A stretch of 63,705 bases of DNA, counting the filler, from Bonamia ostreae (lineage: Eukaryota), in assembly GCA_040357525.1 (NCBI GenBank). It is 49 parts of 49 records of this genome, joined end to end, with 100 filler letters (N's around TTAATTAATTAA, not from the genome) between each part and the next. Parts side by side here need not be neighbours in the genome. Positions count along the whole stretch, not along the records: positions 27,448 to 28,651 come from JBDODL010002365.1; positions 28,752 to 29,954 come from JBDODL010002366.1; positions 30,055 to 31,257 come from JBDODL010002367.1; positions 31,358 to 32,560 come from JBDODL010002368.1; positions 32,661 to 33,862 come from JBDODL010002369.1; positions 33,963 to 35,163 come from JBDODL010002370.1; positions 35,264 to 36,464 come from JBDODL010002371.1; positions 36,565 to 37,765 come from JBDODL010002372.1; 41 more parts are not named here. One strand, given 5' to 3'. This document shows positions 27,492 through 40,479 of this stretch, piece after piece; within the stretch, counting starts at the first letter, position 1; each line of letters begins with the position of its first letter. Below the pieces are notes generated by a model. It was not told the DNA's origin, searched no databases, and was given only the letters and a program-made list of their open reading frames with translations. Position numbers and translations under genes: made by a program.

Positions 27492-28572
27492 CGAGACGCC
27501 TCTTCAGAACATCAGTTTCATATTCGGAGCCACTCGAATTCCCAATCCTCGACTTCAGCTCCTCCGCCCTCTTCTTTACGGCGTTTTTGTCTCCAGCTCC
27601 TTTTATCATCAACGTCGACTCCATCGTCACTTCCATCTTCTCGCAACTGCCCAACATCTCCGGCTTCAAATCCTTGATGCTGATCCCGCTCTCCTTCGTC
27701 ACAAAAGTCGCCCCCGTCGCCAACGCGATGTCCGACAACATGTCCCGACGGTTGTCCCCGAAACTCGGCGGTTTGATCGCGCAGCAATTCAGACCGCTCT
27801 TCAGCCTGTTCAGCACCAGCGTGCTCAAGGCGGCGCCCTCCACCTCGTCGGCGATGATCACCAGCGCCTTTCCTTCTGAGCGCGCGTGGTCCAGAAGTTC
27901 GACGATTCCTTCGTAATCGCTCACTTTGGACTCGACGACGAGAATGAGTGGCTCCTCAAAAACGGCTTTTTGCGATTTGGCGTCGGTCATGAAAATGGCG
28001 TTGCTCATCCCTTTGTCGAACTTGAATCCTTTGACCACCTCGAGAGAGTCTTCGCTCTTTTGGCCTTTGTTCACGGAGATGATTCCTTTGGTGCCGACGG
28101 AGTTCATCGCTTTCGTAATGAGAGCGCCGATGTGAGGATCGTTGTTGGCGGAGATGGTGGCGACTTGGATGAGGTCTTTGTCGTCAATTTTCTTCGCGTT
28201 TTGCTTGAGCACTTTGATGGCGTGTTTGGCGGCGGTGTTGATGCCACGCTGGACGTCAACGGGGTTGGCGCCGCTGGAGACGGCTTTGTAGCCGGCGACG
28301 AAGATTTCTCTGGCGAGGATGGTGGCAGTGGTGGTTCCATCTCCGGCGGATTCGTTGGTTTGGGAGGCGACTTTTTTGATGAGCTGGGCGCCCATGTCTT
28401 CCATTTTGTCGGAGAGGTCGATGCTCTTGGCGACGGTGACGCCGTCCTTGGTGATTTTGCAGGTGCCGTAGCTTTGGTCTATGGCGACATTGCGGCCCTT
28501 GGGTCCGAGGGTGACTTGGACTGCGTTGGCGATTTGGCAGACTCCGGACAGCATTCTCGAACGTCCTTCGTT
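27492..28572 (-). CDS. HSPD1: Mitochondrial chaperonin 60, large internal exon
   Basis: [28 protein letters not shown] and KPPSFGDNR. Bounded by a GACTAAT..CAG acceptor and a GTTTTT donor. Confidence 0.96.
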
Positions 28573-28751
28573 CTGTTGTTAAAATTAGTCGTTTGTGTCG
28601 AGTCGGAAAATTAGTTGTTTAAAATTTTGAGAAATCAAAATGGCGATTTAANNNNNNNNNNNNNNNNNNNNNNNNNNNNNNNNNNNNNNNNNNNNTTAAT
28701 TAATTAANNNNNNNNNNNNNNNNNNNNNNNNNNNNNNNNNNNNNNNNNNNN

Positions 28752-29890
28752 TCTCTGCTGTCCGCTGAGTGGCTCCCAGAGCAATTTTTGCATTTTTTCG
28801 ATTTTTCTGGGCAATCATCTTCTTTGTGACAGGCACTGCAGTGTCGACAGATGCTTTCTTGACTGCATGTCTTTGCTGTATGGTCGAATCCATAGCATCT
28901 TCGACATTGTTTGATCTTTTTCTTTCGAACCTTTGCGATCGAGTATCTCTCAAAACCGACTTTTATGGTTCTCGTGTTCATCAGGCTGAAGTATGTATCT
29001 TTGTTCAGCGCTTCGACGAAAATCGTCGATCGTTTGCTTGTCGGTGAGAGTACTTTTACGATTTTGACGTTCAATTTTGATTCCTTCGTCATGTAGTCTG
29101 TAAATTCTTTTTCGGTTACGCTTGTGTGGTAACCATAGATCGCAAAGGTTCTTTTCGCGTCGTGCCATTTTTCGAGCATGCAATTGTCACCGAGGAATAG
29201 GGCCTCATTTTGCTTATTCAGCGCTTCAGCAGCTTCAGCTTGGCTGTGAAAGCTGACAAGTACATCGTTCGAAGGTAGTTTGTAACATCCTGCGACCTTT
29301 CCGAAGATTTTTTCCATTGCACCTGCCAGTTTGAGCGGATGGTTGATATCACACCTCTGATCGTTGATATTTCTGATCAAAATAGCATAAAAGAATTTTT
29401 GATCAGATTCGTTCTGCTTTTTCTCAGTTGTTCTCCCACTCGCATCTCGTTGTAAATATTTATTTACAATTAAACCGTTTGAACCCCCCTTCAGAGTGCT
29501 TGCTCCTGTAGCACCCTGAGGTGGGGGGAACCTCGTGACTGTAGATGCGGCGGAATGCGGGTTGAAGAAGGCGTCCCTTCTTCTTAGGAGACTTGAAATC
29601 CTTTCACGTACTCCTGCCGGCGCGTCGTTCGGAAGGTGAACCTGGAAATCGTTCGTTTCAACTCCGTCGAACATAGCGATGATTTCAAAATCCTCGATAC
29701 TATTGCTGAGGATTTTTTTCACGGCCGTGCCTGGTTTCGCTATTTCCAGTTCGGCCAGATTACAATAGCGCGCTGCAGTGATGATTTCAGCGAAGTTCAC
29801 CATTTCCTCACGACGACCGGCGCTGGAGGACCCGCGGAGAACGTCAGAAACCAGTTTAGGCTTCTGCACTATATTTTTAAGTGTGTCCAT
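28752..29890 (-). mobile_element. Non-LTR retrotransposon ORF1 (gag-like, three zinc knuckles)
   Basis: QCRRCYGFDHTAKTC, CRHCSACH...C and CKNCSGSH, as in I/Jockey/R1-type ORF1. Confidence 0.88.
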
Positions 29891-31393
29891 TTTTTGTTAT
29901 TATATGGAGAATTGTTAACGGCGTTTCCGTTCTTAGTCACAAGTCATTTATTTTNNNNNNNNNNNNNNNNNNNNNNNNNNNNNNNNNNNNNNNNNNNNTT
30001 AATTAATTAANNNNNNNNNNNNNNNNNNNNNNNNNNNNNNNNNNNNNNNNNNNNTATCGATTATCCATTATTCAATATGGGGTTACAAATAAAAGATAAT
30101 GGTTAGTGCAACCATGCATTTGTAAGACGTTTACATTATTCCAGAAAAAAAAGGGATTGTAAAGAATATTTTTTGACGACAAAAGCATATATCTGAAGAA
30201 TTAAAGAAACATTTCAAACTGGCGGACACCCACGTTCGACCATTGATTGTGAGCTGGTGCAGTAAGAATAAATGAAATACAACATTCGTTTAGAAACAGT
30301 CCTTTGGCATCCTCTCAAAAATAAAATCAAGATGACAGGCGAGTATTTGCTTAACATGTCACTTTAACGTAGACAAAGTGTTTGTTACAGATTTACACTG
30401 AGGTGGCAGTCAGAAAAATTAATAACAAGTTATAGAATTATTCCCGAAGTTTCTTTTTTCATTACAACACACACTCCATGTAGCATGATAACAATTTATC
30501 CCACACCGTGCATTTATTTGACATCTCAATAACAATTAAGAGTAATCATAACACATGCACATGTAGAATTATCTTGGATAAAAAAAAGACCTTGACTGTC
30601 TGCATACCTATGTATATTGTTCGCTTTTCCTTTGTCCTGGTGTATTTCAAACTTCGATTTCTCCCTGGCATGGATAATAGCTGCGCTGAAAATTGAAGGT
30701 CTTTATTAAAGGTGAATCAATTGATCGACAATCTGTCCATTTTCCCCAGAGTTATAGTTTAACTGCAGTCAATGATTTAATCAACTTGATTATCAACTGC
30801 TAAAGAAAATAATCAGAATTTGTAGTCATCTAGATTTTATTATGAGGGGATGTCCAACAACTGTTTCTAAAAAATAGTCTTTCTTTCTACAAGCGTATTT
30901 ACACCACATATTACATGTTTTTGATTTATATTCTGGTTCTGATTTTGGATCAGCTCCTTGGACGATAGTACATGAGCTAATTCGCTGACGCTCAGCTTTC
31001 AACATTAATTGGCAAGTCTATAAACTAAAAACATGTTACATTTTGAAACTATCGAGCTTAATATTGGGAAATCTGTTTTGATCGAGCGTCACGGTTTTGA
31101 TAGAGACTGAACTGAACTGGTTGTCTTCCGTTGGATGAACGAGTTAACTAATCAGTATATTTAAGCGGCAAATTAACTCGTTCCAATGACGGTATATAAT
31201 GGGTACCTAGAGATGTAAAGCTATATAACTAGTGTTGTACGGTAATGAAAAATGAGANNNNNNNNNNNNNNNNNNNNNNNNNNNNNNNNNNNNNNNNNNN
31301 NTTAATTAATTAANNNNNNNNNNNNNNNNNNNNNNNNNNNNNNNNNNNNNNNNNNNNTTTGTTTTTGGGGAAAATAACTTTTACAAAAGTAAT

Positions 31394-32560
31394 TTATTTT
31401 GTCAGTTCAAAAAAATTTCGTCTTCGCTCGAAAAAGATGTCACAATCAATCGAAGTGCATCCATTCAAATCACCGATATTCGAATCTTCAATATCTCCCA
31501 TGACACCCGAGAAGTCCATACAATTTTCACATATTTGTCTAATTTTTACAAATCGATCTGTTATTTCCTTTCGCTTCAATAAATTGCGCGCTTCTTCAAC
31601 AGAACTTTTTTCGTTCGCTTTGTTTCCGTCGCCAAAATAACTCTTTTTGCGCGGAATCATTATTATTTTAATGTTGAAACGATAAAATAGAAACAGTGTT
31701 CATCTTTTGAAAAACGGATTCTTGCGAACGGAAAAAATTTCTCAGACTGTTTTTAAATTCCCCAAAATCAAAGAAGTCTCCAAAAACGCGAAAAAAAGCG
31801 TTTTCGATCAATTTTTGATAATATTCAAAGTTTATTGTATTGTTACATCCCTGCTTCAGAGAATCGGCGGGTACCAGACAATCCGCCAATTTTTTGCTAT
31901 TTTTATAATTAATTAGAAAGTGGATTCGCTCGCCGTACAAAACGGCCAATCTTCTATTTTTCGACGATCGCTTTTTGGCGACGATCGCCGCTAGCGGCAA
32001 AAATCTATCGCTTTTGTAAGATTTATCGATTTTAGCGCGGCATTTTTTGCTGAACAGAAAATCTTTTTCAAAAATTTTGACATTTTTGAACAAATTTTGA
32101 ATTGTTTTTTTGTTTTTATGAGAATTTTTGTTCGTCAAGAAAGTCCGAAGAGCTTTATCCATTAATTTGGATAATAGTGGAAATGAATCTCTTCTGATCA
32201 CTTCAAGTCCTTTATATTCTAGTTCTTGTTGCCATTTGCCCGCGGATTTTTCTTGTTTCAATCCGGCGTATCTAAATGTTTTACAAATTTTTAATTGTTA
32301 AATCTTTGTTACAACCTTTTTTTGGAAACAAGAATTGACGGAAAATAAATTTTTTCGAATTCCAATTCGACTGGAAATGGATTCGAATCGGAAATCTTTT
32401 GGGCGATGATTTTGCCAATTTTTAAAGCAGTTTCTTTGTCACTTCTTATTTTAATGAAGAGACTGTCGGTGTCGCCATAAATCACTTCACAATTTTCTAT
32501 TTCGTTGGCGAATTTGATGGCGTTTTCTAATGTTTTTCTTGCGATCTTTAAAAGCAAAAT
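31394..32560 (-). CDS. REV3: DNA polymerase zeta catalytic subunit, C-terminal part; introns 32272-32315 and 31641-31680
   Basis: ARKTLENAI, VIYGDTDSLF, NPFPVELEFEKIY, SKKR|YAG, KGLEVIRRD, YGERI and the CysB motif CENC...CTSIDC. Confidence 0.85.
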
Positions 32561-32660
32561 NNNNNNNNNNNNNNNNNNNNNNNNNNNNNNNNNNNNNNNN
32601 NNNNTTAATTAATTAANNNNNNNNNNNNNNNNNNNNNNNNNNNNNNNNNNNNNNNNNNNN

Positions 32661-33810
32661 CTTTTATTTTTTGTCAAATTTTTATTTTTTCCACTCTTTT
32701 CGACCATCGCGCCAATTTCTTCTTTAAGATTTTTTATTTTATTGGAAAGACGTTCTTTCTTTTGAGGAAGGTTGTTTATCTGCTCCTTCAAAGATTCAAC
32801 CGATTCTTCGTCCATCAGTTCGACCGCTTCTTCTAATTGCATCTCCAGGCTCTTCTCCATTTTCTCTAACCTCAACAATTGCTTCTCCTTGTTGCCAACG
32901 TCTGTTTCCAAAGAACTGCGCAAAAACTCGAACGAAGTGTCGTAATCTCTCTTAAGCGAACCTTCTCTGCGCTGCACTGCGTCGAGTTGTTTTTTCTGCG
33001 TGAAAAGCAAACAGCCGACTCCGCGCGCCAGCAAAGCTTCCAGTTTGCCGAGATATGTTTTGGCGCCCGACATTTCCTCGATGAATTTTCCGAGTTGTTC
33101 TTTCCTGTCCGTTTTGGCTTCTTCCCAACGTCTTTTTGATTTTTGTTTGCAAATTAAAGTTTAGTCGTTTAAAAATTGTACAATGTCTTAAATTGAGTCG
33201 ATTCCAATTTTTCTTCTTTCTTCGAAAGCTCTATTTTCAGTTTGCTCAATTTCTTTATCGCAGCAATAAACTTTTTTGAAGCATTGAAAATTTTTCCCCA
33301 TTTTTCTTTTAAAATTTTCCGTTCCTCTTCGATTTTCGCTTCGGTCGATTTGCACTCTTTTTTCAGATTGTTCTCCTCGTCTTTCGGAATCGGACTGATT
33401 TTCTCAAGTTCGGTCAAATCGTTTTTGGCTTTTTCCATTTTCTGGTCGATTTTGTTCGTTTCCTTTTTTACGTTCGAAACGGAATCTTCCAGTCGTTCCA
33501 TTTTCTCTTCGCTCAGTTTTTTGAGTGTTTCTCTTGACTTTTCGTTCAAAGGCAAAATCTTTTCTTTTAACAGCTTTTGGAGTTCGGTCGTCGTTTTTAA
33601 AGCTTCGGAGATGTTTTTGTCGCTTTTGTGTTTTTGATGTTGTTTTTGGAGACTTTCGAAGTGTTCTTTGTGTATTTGATATTGGGTTTGTTCGGATTGC
33701 TTCTTTTGCTCGTCGGATCGGTCTAAAAATTTTAATGACGGTTTCAGTAGTTTTTCTTTTATCAGCATTTCGGCTTTTTTGTCTAATTGCCTTTTGGAGT
33801 TGGTTTTCAA
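32661..33810 (-). CDS. Coiled-coil protein (protist), two exons joined across a GTAC..AG intron
   Basis: Two K/E-rich ORFs join in frame after removing an intron at about 33132-33181. Confidence 0.6.
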
Positions 33811-35574
33811 AAAAGTGATTTTGGAAATGAATTTTCAATAATAGAAATTTCAAATCGAAAAANNNNNNNNNNNNNNNNNNNNNNNNNNNNNNNNNNNNNN
33901 NNNNNNTTAATTAATTAANNNNNNNNNNNNNNNNNNNNNNNNNNNNNNNNNNNNNNNNNNNNATTGAGATGAGAAACTTACAGTTTCTTACATTTTAACC
34001 TAAATTGGCACAATCATTATTTAACATTTGTTGTATGATATGGGTAAATAGAGATTTTCATGATTTAGTGCATCCATTATTTAGCTCTCTTATTTTGCTC
34101 TAAGTCACTAAAATTTGAATTCTGCTGAAATAAGTATCTGTATAATACTTTATTTTGTGGGGAAACAATGAAGGGGGGGGGGGACCAGTCTTGAAAATGT
34201 TCCCATCAACAAAACCAAAGGTCATAAAAAAATATGATGTACATGTATGTTTATTTTAGAATACAAAAATCTTAGAATATATACACCTTAGTGCAATATA
34301 TCATTTACATGTGTTTGTTTCTTGTCATTTTGTCATTCTCATTCCAGTTAATCATGTGCAATATTGTTTTTTCTTGTATATTTATGTTTATTCAGTATGT
34401 TTGACTAAAATGAATAAAGACAAAGTCAAAGCTGGACCTTGAGTTTAATTTACGGAAGATTTTGTGTGGTATTTAATTAATAGGGTCCGGATCCAAAGTA
34501 TAAACTTTAATGACATAATATAGATCACCAACGCATCATGAAAATCCAAATTAATTAATTGTGCACTCTCATGATGTGTTGGTGGTTTGTTTTATGTCAT
34601 TGAGTGAAAATAATAATAAAAAAAGAACCCAAAACACAGTTTTTACAAGTGTTTAGATTAATATTTGTTGTATGACACCCATTTTCTTTTTTGTTTAATA
34701 GCTTATCTCATACCAAACACCATGTAGTCTGACATGTTCATATGAGAACCATGGGTTTAAATATTTTCAACAAACTGATATTCTATTCATTTTATTCTAC
34801 TTGTACTTTCCTTAGTTTTGATTAACAATTCTTGTTTTTTGTGTTATTAAAAAAAGAGAGATATACATATAGACAATATAGATGATATGTCATGGAGTTA
34901 AAATTCAGAAATAACACCATATAGTGCGTTAATTAAACCAAATAACTTCCATCTGTATACCTGAAAAGTGGTTAGTGTTGCCTTATAACAAAATAAAGAT
35001 CAGCAAAGAAATGTCTTGAGAAAGAATTCTAAGGGAAAAGACTTATTCCTTGCAAGTTGAAGGACTGATACACAGTAGTGTTGTTTACTTTGAATGCACT
35101 TTGACATTTTCTGCTTTTTACATGTATAGGAGAAAAACCAAATGCATGAATATGATGTCCATTNNNNNNNNNNNNNNNNNNNNNNNNNNNNNNNNNNNNN
35201 NNNNNNNTTAATTAATTAANNNNNNNNNNNNNNNNNNNNNNNNNNNNNNNNNNNNNNNNNNNNTATCGAACGTTACAGTAATCTCATCAGTGATTACCAA
35301 AAAGAGTATGAAAACATAAAAGTTTGAAAATTTACTTAATTTAGAATAAAATTCTAGATGAAAAAACTTCAAATCAAAATTTAGCCTTTCCGACCGTTCT
35401 GTTCATCGAAAAGGATAAAAATGAGCATTCAAATCCAATCGAAGAAAATTTGGATTCTAAAACATCTCTTAAAAATAAGACATCGCGGTTTTTTTGTTGA
35501 TATAGTAATATTGTTAGAAAAACCTCATATAACATTTTTAAAGCTCATTAAATTTAATGGTTCCATAATTTTGC

Positions 35575-35777
35575 TGTCAAATAGTAAGAATGATGAATCT
35601 GATAACAAAAATTTGTTATCTGAAACAGAACAGCTTTTGGCCAAAAACGAGAAAAACGAAAAAAGTCAAAAAAAGACAATTTCCGATAAACCGATTTTGA
35701 AAAGAATGAAAAGAAAAATTTTTTTTCTGATCATTCTTATTTTACTGATTGGACTAACTTTCATTAAATTACATTAA
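35575..35777 (+). CDS. 3' exon of a tail-anchored SNARE-like protein (possibly USE1-like)
   Basis: Coiled coil, then basic residues and a C-terminal TM segment IFFLIILILLIGLTF. Confidence 0.4.
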
Positions 35778-35795
35778 AATTTTTTCGAGAAAAAT

Positions 35796-36077
35796 TTATT
35801 TGAACAGTTTTGACATTTTTTCCGCAAAATTTTCGTCGTCGTAAACGTGCAACAATTTTCGCCATTTTTTCAAAATTCCGTCAAAACGTCTTTTGCTGCA
35901 TTCGTTGTTAATATCTGGTGTAACCGGGTGATATGAATACTTATATTCTTTAATACGCTTCGATCTTGAAAGATGATTATGATAATAACTTTGGTACACT
36001 TTGCGAATAATTGTCGTATCCGATCGTATTTTTTCCCTTCGCGATCTGTTTTTCTCGTTGCTTCCTTCTATGCTCAT
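35796..36077 (-). CDS. SLBP: Histone mRNA stem-loop binding protein (essentially the RNA-binding domain only)
   Basis: Y..Y...HPVTPD....SKRRFDGILKKWRKLLHVYD matches the SLBP RBD (HPxTP...SRRxWDxxIKxWRxxLH). Confidence 0.85.
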   Translation of the reverse strand: MSIEGSNEKNRSRREKIRSDTTIIRKVYQSYYHNHLSRSKRIKEYKYSYHPVTPDINNECSKRRFDGILKKWRKLLHVYDDENFAEKMSKLFK

Positions 36078-36590
36078 TTGTGCGTTTTATTATTTTTCTG
36101 AATTTCGAATCCATTTTCCAAAATTAAAATGGAAATAAAAGCTAAATTGATAGTAGAAATATTTATTAGCATTTTTGTGTATAGTAATTACGGAATCTAA
36201 ATTTTTATCAATGAACTTCATGTACATGCAGAAAAAGGTCCAAAAAACCAAAACTGAAAAGGTTAAAGATGCGATCTACACATATGGTAATATTAAGCTG
36301 AGCTTAAGTCCGACCGATTTTTAAATGGGGGATCATTCCTTTAATTTTAGTTCTCGGTTATATGAATGCCCCCGAAGATAAAAAACCGTCGAAGAGAAGT
36401 CTCATTTGCCCTTTGTTAGATTAAATAGCAAATTTAAGAAAAATTAAAATTTTTGCAGCAAAAANNNNNNNNNNNNNNNNNNNNNNNNNNNNNNNNNNNN
36501 NNNNNNNNTTAATTAATTAANNNNNNNNNNNNNNNNNNNNNNNNNNNNNNNNNNNNNNNNNNNNTGCAACAAAAAACAACATAAAATTAG

Positions 36591-36996
36591 AGAAGAAGAT
36601 GAAATCACAAAAAAGAAAAACCAATTCGACGACAAACAGTCAAAATTTATTGTGTTACCACAAAAAGCTTTTTTGCAGTTCAAACCAATCAACGACGTTG
36701 ATACAAACGGCGAACTGGTTATTTACATGTTTGGCAAAAAATTCAAATTTAGACTTGAACTCCAAGTGGTCAAAGAGCACCAAAGAAAGGGAATCGGGAC
36801 CAAATTTATACAATTGATCGAAGAAATAGCAAAATCGGCGAAGATAGAAAAATTGCAATTAACGGCTCTTTCTAAAAAACGCTGTGTCCTCAGTTTTTAT
36901 AAAGCAAATCAGTTCGATTTTGACAAAGAAATGGATCCCGTCCTCAAATTTAAAAAAGAATCTTCTTTTAGAATTTTGTCCAAAGATATCAATTAA
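36591..36996 (+). CDS. GNAT N-terminal acetyltransferase, NAA40/Nat4-like; in-frame 24-nt intron 36729-36752
   Basis: ELVIYI|LELQV...QRKGIG...KLQLT...FY...F after splicing. Confidence 0.7.
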
Positions 36997-37004
36997 ATCG
37001 AAAA

Positions 37005-37675
37005 TTAATCGTAAAAAATTTTATTCGCAATTTTAAGATTTTTCATATTAACGATGATCGAACTTGTTTGCTCAAAATCTTCTTTTTCTGCAAATTTTTC
37101 CAAAGCGCGTTCCAAGTCAACGCGCAAACTTTTCAAACGCGCTTTTTTCTCCATTTTCTTCGACATCAATTTTCCGATTCGTGCCACATTTGGATGTTTG
37201 CTTTCTCTCAATTTCAATAACTTTTGTTTCTGTGAATTGATGTTTGCTTCGATTCAATAAAACCTGAGAAAAATATAAAGCCTTTGCTTCGACAAAATCG
37301 CGTTTTCTCTGTTTCGCCATTTTAACGAATCGCGACAATTTGATAACTATTTTCATCAATTGTTTTTTGTGGACGTCATCAAATAATCTTGTCACCTTTA
37401 AAGACAAATCATTTATTTGCTTTCCCGTCTTTGCAAATGTAATTTTTGAAACTTTTTCGCAGATGAAAGAAAAATCGTTTTTTTCCTTATTTAAAAGTTT
37501 GCACGCTTTTTCAACATTTTGCGCTGTGGCGTTAAGTGCTTTTGTTTTATTGGTTTAGAAACATTTTATCGATTTCAAAAAGGTTTCTGATGATTTTGCT
37601 ATTAACGACAGCGCATTTTCATATTTTTTCAAGTTTTTTACTTTTTCTTTGTTATTTAAATTATAAAAATCTGCC
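37005..37675 (-). CDS. Helical coiled-coil protein C-terminus, possibly a sorting-nexin BAR domain
   Basis: Two ORFs join across a 34-nt GTTTT..CAG intron. It converges with the GNAT gene only 8 nt away. Confidence 0.4.
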
Positions 37676-39296
37676 AAAAATAAAAAATCAGTTAAATTAT
37701 TAAAATTAAAATAAGGTCCAAAATTTAAGGAAAATGTCGATAAAAATAGAAAAATTGTTAAAAATNNNNNNNNNNNNNNNNNNNNNNNNNNNNNNNNNNN
37801 NNNNNNNNNTTAATTAATTAANNNNNNNNNNNNNNNNNNNNNNNNNNNNNNNNNNNNNNNNNNNNTGAATTACCTGTAACTAGTGTGGAAATTAACAAAA
37901 GATCCTAATTACGTATGTTCAAGAGATCGATTTATTGTATTCATAGGAGGGTGTTCCAAAACCATGTCACCCCCATTGCTTCTCCAAACGTTTTTATCAT
38001 CTTAACTTGTTTTGCCCTTCAAAATACCTATCCATCTGCTCAAATACAACTGTTCAGCCAATCAATCCATTTTTGGCAGCACATTCGTAAATTCTACAGC
38101 CGTAATATAGCAATTTAATTTACCAGTACAACCAGTCATAAGGTCAAAGTTTTATACCAATTGCTAAGCCGATCTTTACTCTGATTTTAACCATCGGTAA
38201 TATTTTATCTATAGGATGTGAAATTTTATTCCTTCTAACGTTTACATTCGAAAAATGAATGTGCAAAGAAGGATAACTATCCCATCGTTCCTGTTTTGTT
38301 CAACATTTTTGCTGATCTTACATGTTTGTGGAGTATCTTAGTGAAATAAAAAAAAGTTTCAAAGATTGGCTGAAGACGCCCTGTGATTATTCATTATCTT
38401 GGGTCACCAAAAAGTGACACACAATGTGATGACGAACAAATCTAACATCTTATTTTTATTGATTGATGATATAGTGTACTTATCTGTGTAAATACTGCTT
38501 TCTTCCCTCTGGGTTATGAATAGAAATATCGATTTTGAAGTCAACACTATTTCATTGAGAGATCTATACTTCACCTATAGTGTACATGTAAATTTCAAAA
38601 TCGGTAAAACAATAATTGTTTCAATCATATTTATTTTGATGATATATTGGATGCAAACTTTCTATTCATAATACAAAGACAGACTTCACCGTCGCTCAAT
38701 AATGAATATACACTTAAACGTACTATCCAGTTTTGTTCCATATCAACAACAATACAACAATGTATACCAGATTAAGTGTTTGCAACGTTTCACCACTGGG
38801 GCACTCTCACTGTGTGTGAGTTGTTGTTTTATTTTATTTATTTGGGGGGGGGTTTTTATTGTTTGTGAGTGTGTTGTGTTTTTTAAATATTTTCAATCTG
38901 TGATGATCTTTATTGTTTTTGTTCAGTTTGTTAAATGACATGATTATGTGTTTTGAGTATTTTTATAGTGTCGAGTAGGGTTGATAGTATCACGATTTGT
39001 ATGCTTTTGTTTCTGACTGTGGTTGTTGGGGATTTTTTTTATATTATATTTTAATTTTTATTGTTNNNNNNNNNNNNNNNNNNNNNNNNNNNNNNNNNNN
39101 NNNNNNNNNTTAATTAATTAANNNNNNNNNNNNNNNNNNNNNNNNNNNNNNNNNNNNNNNNNNNNCAAAAAAAACAACGATTTTTCGATTTTTTTGAACG
39201 ATATTAAGTTCATTCGACCAAAATAACTATTTTTCGATTTTTTTGAACGATATTAAGTTCATTCGACCAAATTGTTACTAAAACAATTACAAAAAG

Positions 39297-40348
39297 GCGA
39301 AAGGAGCAATGGAATTTTCAGACGACACAGTTTCATTGAAACCAGTCGTTCGAACTTTTTACGACAACGTTGCGGTAATTCGATTTTTATCTCTTTAGCC
39401 CGTGAACGATCTTGATTTCCACCCAAAAGCGACTTTACTCATATCTTGCTCCCAAGACAATTCTATCAAATTCTTCGATCACGAAAAAATGATCCAGAAA
39501 AAAGCTTACAACGAAATCGTCGTTTTTATCCAATTCTTAAAATTGCTCAAAAATTTTTCGAACTTTGAAAAATTGCGATTTTAGCGATCTCTTCAAAATT
39601 CCGTCGTTTTCGGGATTTAAAAATCTATTTCAAAGGAAAGAAAGAATATCCGCTCGATACAATTCCATCCTTCCGGAGAATACATAATTTCAGCCGGCGA
39701 CAACAGATTTGTTGCATCAAAAAAAAATTATCAAAGATCCGCATAATCAACGTGCAGAACTTCAAGACCTTCATTTCCAGAGACTCCTTGAAACAACACA
39801 AACATCCGATCAATCAGGTGCGCTACAACGAAGACGGAAAAACTTATGTCTCGTGCAGCAAAGACGGCCAGATAAAGTTCTGGGACGGACTAAACAACAT
39901 TTGTTACCGCACAATTGAAAACGCGCACGGTGGAGCGCCTGTTTCCAGCATTCATTTCTCGCAAAACTCAAAATTGCTGCTTTCTTGTGGCCCCGACTCG
40001 ACCGCGCGCATTTGGGATGTCGGTACAGGTTTTTTCGGAACGACCGAATGGATAAAATTAATAGGGCAAGAATGGTTGAAAATTCAAGGTTTTCGGAACG
40101 ACAGTTATCGCTCGAATGCGGTTTTTTTCCATTCCGACGCGTTTGTACTGTGTCCCGACAAAACTTCCAACTCGATTTTTGCTTTTGACAAAAATACGGG
40201 GAAGAAAGTCAGACAGTTTCTAGGCCATTCCAAGCCAGTCAAATGTCTCTCAGTTTCACAGTCGGAACCAGCATTTTTGAGTTGCAGGTTTAAAAATTAA
40301 GTTTCAAGTTTCGACCATCGAGCAAGGTTTTGGGGCGAAGAGTTTTAA
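39297..40348 (+). CDS. CSTF1: Cleavage stimulation factor 50 kDa (WD40); introns 39375-39398, about 39522-39635, 39711-39736, 40029-40064, 40288-40308
   Basis: PVVRTFYD, FHPSGEYI, SKDGQIKFWDG, IENAHGGAPV and the C-terminus SCS|FDHRARFW. Confidence 0.9.
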
Positions 40349-40479
40349 ATTTTTGTATCCTTTTTNNNNNNNNNNNNNNNNNNNNNNNNNNNNNNNNNNN
40401 NNNNNNNNNTTAATTAATTAANNNNNNNNNNNNNNNNNNNNNNNNNNNNNNNNNNNNNNNNNNNNCCACTTTCGAAAAA

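Noticed and set aside
27448-28614. Long antisense or overlapping ORFs on Cpn60 (also on NNT, POLD1, 7051-7713 and 40536-41130)
   Set aside because: These are shadow ORFs expected from GC-rich biased codon usage and carry no recognisable motifs.
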